Shown: positions 11,428-22,589 of the stretch, piece after piece
How positions within the stretch are numbered: position 1 is the first letter of the stretch
Layout: every line of letters begins with the position of its first letter
NCBI RefSeq assembly: GCF_963678975.1
Contig: NC_089285.1
Coordinates: 12,026,725-12,090,724, forward strand
DNA length: 64,000 bases
Source: Dysidea avara
Taxonomy: Eukaryota
Direction: 5' to 3'
The notes under the pieces: generated by a model
Told to the model about the DNA's origin: nothing
Seen by the model: only the letters and a program-made list of their open reading frames with translations
The model's database searches: none
Program-made: the position numbers and the translations under genes

Positions 11428-11819
11428 TTTCCTACGACTATTAGACCACGCATATCGTCTATTAATAATTGTGGCAAATTATAAATATCTGACTGTCTAT
11501 AGAATCGAAAGCTGGTGGGCTCAGTTGCGGAATTGTGTCACCGATTGGTGGATTAACATGTTTAAGGTAATTTTAATGTATATGTAACTTGTATTGAGTA
11601 ATGTTTCTCTTCTTTTGCTTGTTTCAAATAAGCATCTTCATCTTTCAAATCTTTGCTCCATTCCTTCAGTCTTTGTCTATAACCTGTTTATATACCGATT
11701 GTATAGTCACAATTCCTCCATCATTGTTGTTGGGTCTTGGTTTTTAGTCAATGTAGTAGAGAGTTTAGAATTGTGAGTTCTCTTTTTTACCAGAGCATTT
11801 CCGTAAAGCTTTCAGTTCT

Positions 11820-12185
11820 TCAACGAAATTTTGAATTCTCTTGATGACCAGGGGGAAATTCAAAAGGTGCCAGTGACGTTGGATTATGATTAGGGTCATT
11901 CAAAAACCTTCTATTAATGAAACTTTCAACTTTGGCTATTCCATTGTCAGGATGATCACTAACATCCAAGGTACAAATAACACTCATCTCATCATGCCCA
12001 GAAGATAAAAGGCAGTTGACAATATACTCCGGCAACATTTTCTTCATTAGGTCTACTGTAATATTAGAAGCAGGATTTGGCTCACATTCATCAACATTGC
12101 TATGAAATGGAAATGGCACAATTAAAATGTGTTGGTTTGATCTAGGTTGAAATACAGTTACCCTTATACACAATTCATGTCCCAT
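11820..12185 (-). CDS. Unassigned 121-aa ORF downstream of the THAP start of the transposase gene; function unknown
   Basis: ORF only. I recognise no motifs. Confidence 0.15.
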   Translation of the reverse strand: MGHELCIRVTVFQPRSNQHILIVPFPFHSNVDECEPNPASNITVDLMKKMLPEYIVNCLLSSGHDEMSVICTLDVSDHPDNGIAKVESFINRRFLNDPNHNPTSLAPFEFPPGHQENSKFR

Positions 12186-12234
12186 GCATTAAGTTTTAAA
12201 TTTGATCTCATTATGAGTTCACACATTAGCCCTC

Positions 12235-12960
12235 ACACCATTGGATTTTTGCAGCATAACTTGGGGTAGTGCTAAAAGCTGGAACGGAATAGAACCAATT
12301 GGGGCACGTGCCAAGTAGAAAAATCGTTTGAGACGGACTTTGCATCGTTTCCAACTGCCACACAGTGACTAGAATTGTGCTAGAGTTCATTTCCTTCTAC
12401 TTATATGCATGCTAGAATTAAATCCCGCTCTCGGAGTTTCTATTTAATGCCTGCCACATGGCATGTTGTGTTCTTACCAATCCATCAAATTCTGTTTAAT
12501 CCTGATGTAGAATTGCTTCCTTATCATTCTAAAAGGTAAGCTACTGTAGTATTTTCATGTTATAGTCGTATCCAAGTCTTTAGTGACAGCGAGGATGGTT
12601 TTCTGAAGTCTGCCAGCATGGGCAATAATTTACGAAAGTTAACCACAGTGTATGTTAGTGGCTGTGAATCATATGCTTATAGTGCTTACAAAATAATAGT
12701 TTAGCAGGTTAAATTATAGTTTTTTCAGCGTAGGTGATTGCAAAACGCATTCGTGCAGTGGGAATTAAATAGAAACTTTAAGCGAGCGATTTCTACCATG
12801 CCTACAAGTAGAAGAAAACTAACTTCAGCACAATTCTAGTCATCATGTAATGGTAAGAAATGGTGTACAATCTGCAAAAACAATTTATTAACTTGGCGCG
12901 CCTCCGTTCCGTTCCATTCCGGCTTTTAGCACTACCCCATAACTTGGACTACGATGGAGG
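12235..12960. mobile_element. Foldback/MITE-like element with long inverted arms
   Basis: The left end 'cataacttggggtagtgctaaaagctggaacggaa' is the reverse complement of the right end 'ttccgttccattccggcttttagcactaccccataacttgg'. Inner inverted matches: 'tgactagaattgtgctag' pairs with 'cagcacaattctagtca', and 'attaaatagaaact' occurs on both arms. Confidence 0.65.
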
Positions 12961-13696
12961 CTGCATTAACCCATACAGGTGTAACCATATTACACTGCTC
13001 CCTATGGACAAAAGAACTTGATCAAGGTATCATTGCTGAAAAGATTTTTATTGAAATTAATGAGCCTTATCCGCAAGTACGTCACAACTTAAAATGGCGA
13101 CAAGACTGGGGTTGTTTGTACACTGTGCCATTGGAAGGTGTAACGTTTCGAGATGTTCCCAGTGAAGAACAAAGGAGAAAAGTGTGGTAAGGCATCAATA
13201 ACTAACTTCCGATGTTGGGGGATGCATTTTCGCGCTTTGAAAAACATCCTAGGTCTGGTTTTGCTAAATTTAACATTTTGTCGGTTCGGCAAGCATAGTA
13301 CAAACTAGGTATTTTCCTTTCCACTCTATTCTACGACTGTTTACTAGTGCGAAAATGCGGAGTAATGTGTGGGGTGTCAAGACCATGTTTTCTGACAAGC
13401 CGCCATGATGTCATGTCGGAGCCGAGTCAGGCCACCTATCCACCTTGGTTATGCTGAACGGAGTGCCACCATTGACTGTTCAACGTAGGCCTGGCTCAGT
13501 GGTTTCAATCAAGGAAGCTTCTTTATACTTAACTGTTTTATAAAGCAATGTATTTCTTAGATGGTGAAGTCAGTGTCTTGACTGCAGTGTGTTGTGGTGA
13601 CCATATGTCAACGAAGAGTAGTGAAACTCCAGACAGTTGCAGCTCTAGGAACGACAACCTTGGTAACACTACTGAACATGTATAAGGCAGATTTTA

Positions 13697-14500
13697 ATGA
13701 CCGTTTTGCTAGATTGTGAAGGTAATGCTTCAAATGCAGTTTGTGGTACTTCAAGGGAGATACCTGGTGAGATTTGTGGTCCACATTGTTTGTCATTTTA
13801 TACATGTCATGTAGATGATGAGCACAATCCAGTGTGTAATGATAGCCATGTTTCAGTGAAAAGCAATGTGATTCCTGGTAAGAGAACATTGCGTTCCCTA
13901 CTTTACGTATTTAAACACGAGTTTATTTAGATTATTGTCCAGACAACAGTAACGAGTTGGGGGATGGTGGTGGTGACTATGGAATCCAAGCTAATGAAGA
14001 AATTGACCTTGGTAGGTTCATATAATGGCTAGTTTAAATTATTCTGTATTAAAATTGTGTAGGTAATGTCTCTGATCCATGCTACAATGTATCAATGTAG
14101 AGTATTGACATGTTTGGTAAGAAGTATTTGCATATAACAGATTTTCCTATAAATTTTATTCTAGATTGTGAAGGAAATGACTGTAATTCAGCTTATGAAG
14201 ATGAAAGTGGTGGTGATGAAAATTTAATAGGGACGATATTGTTTTATTGAATGAGAGTGACATTCCTGGTGCATCCCTTGGTGGCAAAGATCCATCTGAG
14301 CTAAATATTGTCCAATTGAAGTGATGGCTAGTTTGCCGTGGGGCACCAGTGACTGGGAAAAAACCAGAATTGATTCAAAGGTATGCGCACTCATTGACAG
14401 TAACAGGTTATGATAAGACTTCCAGGGTTTGTGACTACATCAAGTATGGCTGGGATGTGCTTTTGATTGATCCTGATGATGGTGAAAATGTCTAACGTAA
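13697..14500 (+). pseudogene. Candidate 5' exons of nuclease gene 2: Cys-rich segments and an SAP-like exon interrupted by an in-frame TGA
   Basis: Cys-rich frames ('CEGNASNAVCGTSREIPGEICGPHCLSFYTCHVDDEHNPVCN', 'DCEGNDCNSAYEDESGGDE'). An SAP-like frame reads 'SELNIVQLK*WLVCRGAPVTGKKPELIQRY', then a GT donor ('caaag|gtatgc'). The '*' is a TGA. Confidence 0.3.
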
Positions 14501-14936
14501 ATTACGAGCAACAGCTTTAGTGCACAATAGTTGTGATAGTGATTCTCTGCTTCAATCTGTACCAACTACCAAAGATAAGTGTAGGACGAAGGAATTGTAC
14601 AAAGCTCCTGAAATTACGTTTGGGACTATTTTCAATTTTCTAGTTGACCATAAGGTGTTGCTTAAAAAAGCCGTTCATGTGGAGAGCATAACGGAGAAAA
14701 GAGAGAACTGTACATCTGAGAATGTTGGTGAACAGACTGGTAGCTCATCTGGAACTTCAGAACCTGTAACATATACTTGTAGTCTAGACAAAGCATATCG
14801 TTTCTTCCAGGATGGCCATGTCCAAAATGTAAGATTTCATCCAATGACAAGTCCTGTATTGGGGCAGATGTGCTTCCTTCCATGAAAAAAGGCAAAATGT
14901 ATTGTGTATGGATAGTATTATCACAGCATACTGCAC

Positions 14937-16667
14937 GTGTCAAAAAGGCATTCTGCATCTGTCCAGCTGGTCTGTCTGGTTGCTGTAACCATGTTACAGC
15001 ATGTTACAGCAACCTTGTACTGCATGGAGGAGTACTTTCGCTTGGGCCTTAATGAAGATGACGCAAAAGGTTGCACAGAAAAACGGCAAACTTGGAACAT
15101 ACCGAAAGCTTCAAAGGTGGATGCATGTCCCACTAATTTAGTTTCATTGACTAAAAAGGTTTATGGTGTCGAGAAGAGGCCTGCAGTTTACACTGTAAAT
15201 AAATGGGATTGCCGGGCAACATCAAAAAGACAGGTTGAGTCTGCTGATAGAAGATCTAAATTGAGAAAGAGACTGCTTAACATTGACCAAGCCAGAAAAG
15301 ACACTGTAACTCTTTCTGTTGCCTCAGCCACCTATAACATGCAAAGAAAGAAAGCTATTGAAGCCCAAACGATGGTTATGAGCTATGGGACTTCATGTTT
15401 TTTGCAATTATTAGACGATGATCCAGCTCCATCATCAGTGACAGACAACAGAATGCTGCTGACAAGAGACGAGCGTCTTGCAAGAGTTGAAGCACAGAAA
15501 TTAAAATTCCAGAAAGATATGTCCACATTACTTAAGCAGGCTAACTGTGACCACAGTTACAGTGCCAGTTCTATTTCACCAGAACACCACAAAGTTGAGA
15601 ATAAACCCCCGCCACTACATGTTGTTAGGAACTTCTATGAAGAACATGTTTGCATTAGCCCAACTGAAGCCATTGAGATTGAAGCTATGACACGTAAACA
15701 ATCGTTCTCAGATCTCTGGCATCAAGAGCGTACATTTAGGATCTCTGCTTCGATAATGAAGACTGTTTGTCACAGAAAGCGTGATACTGATATAAAGTTT
15801 TTTCTCACTGGTAAGTTGTGTCCAAAGGCTATCAACAGTGCAGCTATCAACTATGGAAATATCAACGAAGATACTGCTATTAGAAGCTATATTGATTATC
15901 AAGAGAAGAGGGGTCTACAATTAACTGTTCACAAATGTGGCTTGCACATCAATCCTTCAGTACCCTGGCTAGCTGCCACCCCAGATTCCATAGTTGAAAT
16001 TGGACAGGACATGGGATACTTGGAAGTCAAATGCCCTTACGTATGTAAAACAAAACCAATAGCTGAGGCTGCATTGCAGCAATTTTCATTTTGCCTACAA
16101 AGCAACAATGGGATGTTACAGCTGAAGAAAAAACATCAGTACTTCTTTCAAGTGCAGACACAACTTTTTGTCACTCAGCTTCCATGGTGCAATTTTGTTT
16201 TATGGGCCCCAAATGATGCTGTTTATGTAGAAAGAATTTTTTGCGATGATTCTTTTATCGAAGATGCAGTTTCTAAGGCTAGAGCTTTTTATTTTGACAA
16301 ATTTTTGCCTTCACTTTTGCCATATGTAATAATTTCTGACAGCTGTGAAGACCGATTTGCAGTTATCACAACAGAGGTTGTCCAGATTTGTGACAGTGCT
16401 GAGGTTTCTGACGATGTTAAGATAGTTAACAATTCCGAGGCTTGTGATGATGTTGAAGTTAAGATTGTTGAGGCTAGTGATGATGTTGAAATTTTAAGCG
16501 TTTCTATTGTACCCAGCCTAACTCACATACGAATGTATTGCAGCAGCAACATTGCAGAAAGCATGAAGTTAGTGGTGATGGCAATTGCTTATATTATGCC
16601 GTTGCTCATCAGGCTGGATATATTGGACATTCTTCTCGTGGGGACATCTTTATTGGAAAGCAACTGA
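14937..16667 (+). CDS. SWIM zinc finger + YqaJ (lambda-exonuclease-like) nuclease, paralog of 7641-9233. The main exon probably ends at 16499 and splices to the OTU exon
   Basis: The SWIM motif ('CICPAGLSGCCNHVTACY') starts ~17 nt upstream of this M-initiated ORF (14920-14973), within the overlapping 14870-15052 ORF in the same frame. The YqaJ motifs are present ('LAATPDSIVEIGQDMGYLEVKCPYVCK'). Paralogous blocks to gene 1 are present ('LWHQERTFRISASI' against 'LWLDARQWRVTSSN'). Confidence 0.6.
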   Translation: MSKRHSASVQLVCLVAVTMLQHVTATLYCMEEYFRLGLNEDDAKGCTEKRQTWNIPKASKVDACPTNLVSLTKKVYGVEKRPAVYTVNKWDCRATSKRQVESADRRSKLRKRLLNIDQARKDTVTLSVASATYNMQRKKAIEAQTMVMSYGTSCFLQLLDDDPAPSSVTDNRMLLTRDERLARVEAQKLKFQKDMSTLLKQANCDHSYSASSISPEHHKVENKPPPLHVVRNFYEEHVCISPTEAIEIEAMTRKQSFSDLWHQERTFRISASIMKTVCHRKRDTDIKFFLTGKLCPKAINSAAINYGNINEDTAIRSYIDYQEKRGLQLTVHKCGLHINPSVPWLAATPDSIVEIGQDMGYLEVKCPYVCKTKPIAEAALQQFSFCLQSNNGMLQLKKKHQYFFQVQTQLFVTQLPWCNFVLWAPNDAVYVERIFCDDSFIEDAVSKARAFYFDKFLPSLLPYVIISDSCEDRFAVITTEVVQICDSAEVSDDVKIVNNSEACDDVEVKIVEASDDVEILSVSIVPSLTHIRMYCSSNIAESMKLVVMAIAYIMPLLIRLDILDILLVGTSLLESN

Positions 16668-16909
16668 GAATGTTGGCATTGACGACTATGCAGAAGTATC
16701 CTGGTGTACGCATAGAACATGGACTATCACAGCATCAGTGGGAACAAAAGAAATCCTGCATCTTACAGCCTAGTGATTGGGGTGGTGATTTAAAAGTACA
16801 CCTACTTGCCATTGCAATTGGTAGAGAGACAGTTGGATCACTGGAAATGGGAACGAGTTTACATGTGCACGAAGATTTTTATGCCACTCTCCGCCAGTTC
16901 CAAAGATGA
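16544..16909 (+). CDS. OTU-family cysteine-protease domain exon, probably the 3' exon of the SWIM-YqaJ gene via a 44-nt GT..AG intron (16500-16543)
   Basis: Cys motif 'SGDGNCLYYAVAHQ', 'SDWGGDLKVHLLAIAIGRETVGSL' and C-terminal 'LHVHEDFY' are OTU-like. The intron 'gtttctattgt...gtattgcag' has GT/AG ends, and its length (44 ≡ 2 mod 3) restores the reading frame from the upstream ORF. Confidence 0.5.
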   Translation, partial: QQHCRKHEVSGDGNCLYYAVAHQAGYIGHSSRGDIFIGKQLRMLALTTMQKYPGVRIEHGLSQHQWEQKKSCILQPSDWGGDLKVHLLAIAIGRETVGSLEMGTSLHVHEDFYATLRQFQR

Positions 16910-17074
16910 GAGGTGGAATTTTTATTCCTGTTAACATTACAGAATTAATCAGCCAGTAGAAACAATACGAACCATCACCACTACTCATAATATATAATGG
17001 TGTGAATCATTATGATTCTACAACTTTTTGTAAATAGTTTTTTTCAGTTTAATCAATACAAGTATTATACATAT

Positions 17075-18640
17075 TTAGCATACCAAAGGGGGTTCAAAGT
17101 TACTAAGCATGCAGCAAACATATATAATATTACTTATGGAGTCCCACATGGATCCTGGAAGTGTACCCTGTAAAAGCTTGTACTCTTTGACACGGCCAAT
17201 CGCTCGTTCGACATGAACTCTTAAACGAGCAATTTTCTTTGTTATAAAAACATCAGTAGCATCCATCTGTCTACTCTTGAAGAAATGGTGGAATGTTTAG
17301 GCATACACCATGAGGAATCAATAAATCTTGAATCGTGAAGCCTTTGTCGGCCATGATTTCATCCCCAGGTTCCAATTTGTTTAACAACCCACTGACTTGC
17401 ACCAACTTTTGATCCAAAATAGACCCTTCATATGCCTCGGACACAAATGAAATGGCTCTACTTGGGGTTATTCCAATTAATACTTTACGGTATTTTTATT
17501 CTTGTATGCTGAGAAGGTACAGGATTGGGCTAATAGAGACGAAGGTCTCTCAACTGAAAATTCTGTAGCATCAATGATGATCCGAGTGTTGGGATACTCT
17601 TTCTTAAATGGCTCTGGCATATACTTTTTCACAATGTGCCATGGTGGAAACCTTTCCACTGATTTAAAATTGTGATACATTAAATATACCCAGGTGTTAT
17701 ACCAAATCTACTACTCGTGAAACAATTTATCCAGGTGTTATACCAAATCTACTACTTCGAACGCTACTTGTGAAACAGTAGATTGTGATATACCAAATCT
17801 ATTGGCAATGTCAAGCTCCGGAAACCCCGTTCGAAGCCTAACAAAGGTCAAAAACAATTGCTCCTTCAGTGGAAGCTTGCATGGTGGTCCAGCCTTTACA
17901 TCACTATAATCACACTCGCTTCGTTTTCCACTCCACTGCCACATAAGTAAGGCATCTTCCTCTAACATTTCTTCATAGAATGCTATTAGTGTTTCATAAC
18001 TTGAAAATCCTGTGTAAAACTTCAATAAGTGTTTATCATGTCTAACATTTTCCAATCTAAATAAACTTCTGTTAAGTTTACTTTCTGCTTCTGCCAGCTG
18101 GATTTTCAATTGATCGACCTCGTTTTGTAGGCTTTGAACAGATTTTTTTTCATACTGTTGTTCAGCAATCAGTCCATCTTCTAACTCTGGAACATCTACA
18201 TTTTCTGTTATGCCAGGGGTGTTAGGAAAGGGCATCGTTTCAGTTACTGGGTTTCTGCATGGACAAGTACTTGGCTTTGAAGGGTCATCTGATAGAGTCT
18301 GCAAAGCATTTTGGGATGTCAATGACATTCAATTTTTGGTTTTTGTCCATGGAAAATGGGAAGGGGCTGCTGTTGGTTTAAGGAGCCAGCTTTTACCTCC
18401 TAAAAGCAAGTAATAATCACTTGAAGCAAAATGTTCAGAACAAATTTTGGTGTTTTTGTTTACTGTGAAATCATCACCAATATCACGACGAATTAATTTA
18501 ATCCATTTCTTCCCCTTTGCTGACTTTATATCAGGAAAGCCATGGAAGGAAACCTTTGGCAAATTCAATTCATGCCATGCCACATTTCTGCCAGAAGAGT
18601 TATGACAATCTGGAACACAGCAGTCTATTCAGTTGTAACT
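17075..18640 (-). pseudogene. THAP + DDE_Tnp_4 transposase, second and decayed copy (multiple frameshifts, no ATG at the THAP start)
   Basis: THAP: 'CCVPDCHNSSGRNVAWHELNLPKVSFHGFP...TKICSEHF'. HTH: 'LKEQLFLTFVRLRTGFPELDIANRFGISQSTVSQ'. DDE blocks 'RIIIDATEFSVERP', 'GDEIMADKGF' and 'RVHVERAIGRVKEYKLLQ' lie in different frames. Confidence 0.6.
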
Positions 18641-19959
18641 GTTTATCAGTGTTAATTGCTAGGCTAAGACTAAAGAGAAAGAAAAGTAAGTGCTGTTATA
18701 AAAGTATATAAAGCCTGTAGTACGTGTTATCACGCTGATAACTGTCTTACCTGTAGATTCAATGAGCTTTATCTTTCCTTTAGCTCATAAAGTTTCTTTT
18801 CATTGGTAGCTAACCCTAGCTACACTGTTTTCCAGAGTTCGCTGAAGCACAATTTTATCCAGTCATGTGTTGGCTTGGGCCCATGCGTTAACAGCATCAG
18901 CTCGCTTTAGTCCACCATTTATAATTGGACAGAGAATAAGTAGCAGTCGAGGTTTACTACTAGAGCCTTATCACTACATTCGGATTTCTTGCCAACTGAA
19001 GTGATCGACATTTTAAAAAACGTACATGCGATTCTACCCCCTCCCCCTAGCGTACCATTTATACGCTCGCGAAAAAGCAGAAAATTGTTGACCACCCCTT
19101 ACATGGTTTGATATTGGGTTTCCCAGAAATGGGTACTTCTGCTCTATTTCTCGTGTTACCCTATCAAAATCAGTTTTTTATGGGTAGTGTTTGTATAATG
19201 CCATGACACTGGCTATTCTGGTGTGGAACTTGGTGGTTGACAGACCATCCATTATGCCTTTTATATGCACAAGTGACTTGTATCTAATCAGTTTTTACCG
19301 TGTTTTGATGGTTACATCAATGTTCATCACATACATAATTGGAAAGGAGAATGGTGTTGGAATGTCTTTATCTTCAGCTGAAAATAGCACAATTGTAGGC
19401 TTCTCATCTGATGCTTTTTCAGTGTGGGAGACTACTGGTACCTCCTGAATGTGTTTCACATTACAAACTTATTGGTATAATAAATGTCAAGACCACTCCA
19501 TGAATCATTATTTACATCCTACAAGAGTTGAAAATGGTGGGCTTTTATGTGCAATATCCCATTTTGAGTTCACTGTCATTCTGCTCAGTTGCGTTTGTTG
19601 GTGGTGGTGGTTTGCACTATCACTGGTTACTGACTGCACGGTACTAGTTCTATTAAGCTGCGTACAAAAAGATAGAATATATAACATGCATAAAAATAGT
19701 TTTAAAATTTTGCACTTCATTAATTAATTGCCTGAGGCATTTCTTGTCCCCAAGTGCAACTAAACCGAGCTGCTCCAAATCTTCATAATTCAGAAGTAGA
19801 AGTACTCTTTGCCTTCATCAGAAGGTCTCAATAGCCTGCACGTATGGGTAGCTAAACATTAGGTATACAGCCACACCTCTTCATCAAAGCCATTCTCTTC
19901 CAAGAGCACACATTGGTCATTAATTTTGTCCACTTCTTTGCAGTGTATGTATAAATTGC

Positions 19960-20140
19960 ATCAATACACATTGAACAGAAAGCCTGATCAGTTTTAATCT
20001 GCTAAGTTTTTGACAGACAGGCATCATTGGAGAGGTCACATAGGTTGCTCTAGTGGTTACAGTATCAAGAAGTATTCAAGGTTTGATATGACTGCAATAA
20101 ATTCACAAGTAAATGTGCGAGCAAGCTGAAAACAAAGTAT
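19960..20140 (+). pseudogene. Fragment homologous to the C-terminus of the 44619-46922 transposase
   Basis: DNA and protein similarity: 'RHHWRGHIGCSSGYSIKKYSRFDMTAINSQVN' against 'DRFHWKGHVGCSSGYNLKNYSTFDMTAINSQVN'. Confidence 0.6.
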
Positions 20141-20689
20141 ATTGGCCCTTCACTTTCAGTGATTGACAGTTGGGTACATCTTGAGATAAAAGCCATTCTT
20201 TCTTTTGATGCACGAACAAGTCCTGTCTAAATGAGGTGGATAGTGTCATGGGTTCTCACTGACACAACAAATCGATTTCAACAATCTCCGGACATCATAA
20301 TCATATAGCTATGCAATCTACATTATTTTCAAAGCAATCATTGTATCATACAGTACTATGGAAGTTTGGGTTTTTCTGGACAAAAGTATCACTCAAAAAC
20401 CATCTCACAATACCACCCTAGCACCTTGGCAACATTGTTTAGGTATAACCAAGCCCAAAAGCTTTGTTAATGCAGAAATACTTTGTGAATAAGCATAAAT
20501 GCAGAAAACATGCTTGGTGAATAAGTTCTAGCACTAGTTCTCACCTTAAGGCTTAAACCATTGTTTTTCAACTTGTAGGGTAGTGAGGTTAACAAAATGC
20601 TTTCTGTGTGCTTGGTTCCATGCGGTTTGCAACTACACACGTGCAGTGCTCTTAAGATGGTTGCAAAACAATAGCACAACTTTGCATAT

Positions 20690-20960
20690 TCTCTGCATGC
20701 ATACAGTTCAGTAGCAATAACCTAGTGAGTTCTTTTGCTATCATATTGCACATATGCAATTTGCTTTCTTACAATAGCATTATTCATGCTATCCTTTTAC
20801 TTGTATATTGCACGTGTGCATTTTGTTCTTATACAATAGCAATGCATTGTGCTCTTTTTGCTTGCATACTGCATGCTTGCAGTTTGCTTTCATAAGTTTA
20901 GCTGTAATAGGGGGTTAGTTTGCTCACAAATTACACACATGCAGTCTGTTCTCTTTCTGC
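20690..20960. repeat. Minisatellite, ~55-65-bp units rich in 'tgca[ct]atgcaatttgctttc'
   Basis: Five tandem degenerate units. Confidence 0.55.
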
Positions 20961-21579
20961 TTACATGCAGTATACAGTACGAAATAACCAATCAGATGAG
21001 AACAAACAAATGTTTAAAATTTGCGCCCAAACTGTTTGCTACTATTGAAAACCTGTACAAAGAAAACAAGTAGTCTTTGTTAGTGGGATGTGATGTTCTA
21101 CAAGAAAACTTGTTGTAGCAGTACATGACATTACAAGTACAGCTGAGGTTGGCTCCTTGAGTTGCTGAGGTTGGCGTCTTGAGCCTCCTTGAAAGTTGTG
21201 CGTCACAGGTGGAGAAACATTTCTAAACATGAATAAAATACTACCGCTACTGTTCATTATGGCTTCTTTGCTTTCTGTAACAAAATGAGGGAGTGTAACT
21301 TTTAACCTTTGATTTAAAGACTACAGAAATGTACAATTGAAAGCAGACAAGAAGTGGGATCGAGAGTATTTGAAACTGTATCAATTTCTACATTGCTTTT
21401 GAACAAAGCTCAACTAAAGATCATCTTTGTGAAACAATTGTATGCAGTGAGGTCAAACAGACAGTTTGTGGCTTGTAACTGACCTGTAGTTTTGTATTGT
21501 ATTGCATGCATTTCTTGTAGATGTGAATTACAAATTTAAAAGAAATACAAATATGAAATAAATAGCCAATGTTTGCAAG

Positions 21580-21780
21580 CTGCATGCATGCAGTCGCTCA
21601 ACTGCTAAACTGCTCACAAGTTGCACGCATGCAATAGCACACATGCAAGCATTTACATGCAACAGCTTTGGAAATGCATGTGTGTAATCGGGCCAAATAC
21701 TAACATGCACACACATGCATTTGATTATATGCATTTGCATGCAAATAAACGTGTGTGTTTGCGTGTGCATGTGTGCAAAT
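21580..21780. repeat. Low-complexity TGCATG/ACATGCA-rich tract
   Basis: Dense 'gcatgcatgcag...tgcacgcatgcaa...acatgcacacacatgcat...gcatgcaaataaacgtgtgtgtttgcgtgtgcatgtgtgc'. Confidence 0.6.
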
Positions 21781-22082
21781 TTTCATAAGGGTGGCCAAAT
21801 CCAATTCGTGCATACCAATCACATCAGTATCAATCCATCCCCATAATCGATTTTGGCCTTAACATCTATACCCAGATGTAGCTGGTCTACATTTTGTATG
21901 TAGCCTGGCTAGCTAAAAATGTAGCCTGGGCAACTTCTTTGATCTGAGGTGTAAAAGTGATATATATATATCATGCTCATGTGAATCTTCAAAGGAGCGG
22001 CAGGTTGTAAATTGAATATACAGACCTCAAACCATAGGTAAGTGTATATACTCATTTGTGGTCAGGTAAGTATATTATGCAG

Positions 22083-22190
22083 TAGTTGTAACATGGGCAC
22101 GAGTTATTTGCCTGAAATATATCCACAAGGGCAAGCCCAAGTGTGAGTGCGTATATTTCAGGCAAATCACAAGTTCCCATGTTACAACTA
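22083..22190. repeat. Hairpin, ~38-bp arms ('agttgtaacatgggcacgagttatttgcctgaaatata')
   Basis: The right arm 'tatatttcaggcaaatcacaagttcccatgttacaact' is the near-exact reverse complement of the left arm. Confidence 0.75.
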
Positions 22191-22589
22191 ATATATTCCA
22201 CTTGGGTGATTCACCTGCAAGTGTGGGGAAACTGCAGGAATGCTTTGCGAGTGTATTTATATAGGACCATGTGAATTTTGTTTGTGGATAACGTCATAAG
22301 AACAACAAGAAGGTGCTACTGAGAGGCCCAACATAAGTGTATCAACATGAGCATGCAGATTGCTTCGATTGTGGGTATGCAATTAAACACAGGAAACCCA
22401 AATGCGAGCTGAACAGCTAATAATGAAGCTTAAGTGACACTATAAAGTACTTACTATAGCCATGAATAAACTAAAGTAGTGAGTAATATTGTTAACACTA
22501 ATGGCCAAATCAGTTTAGCGTTACGCCTAGTGTCTGGACATTGCCACGTGACTATACAATCAAAACAGCAATATAAACTAACCTGTGAA

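Noticed and set aside
21528-21770. 80-aa ORF 'MHTQTHTFICMQMHIIKCMCVHV'
   Set aside because: It is a translation of the TGCATG low-complexity tract.
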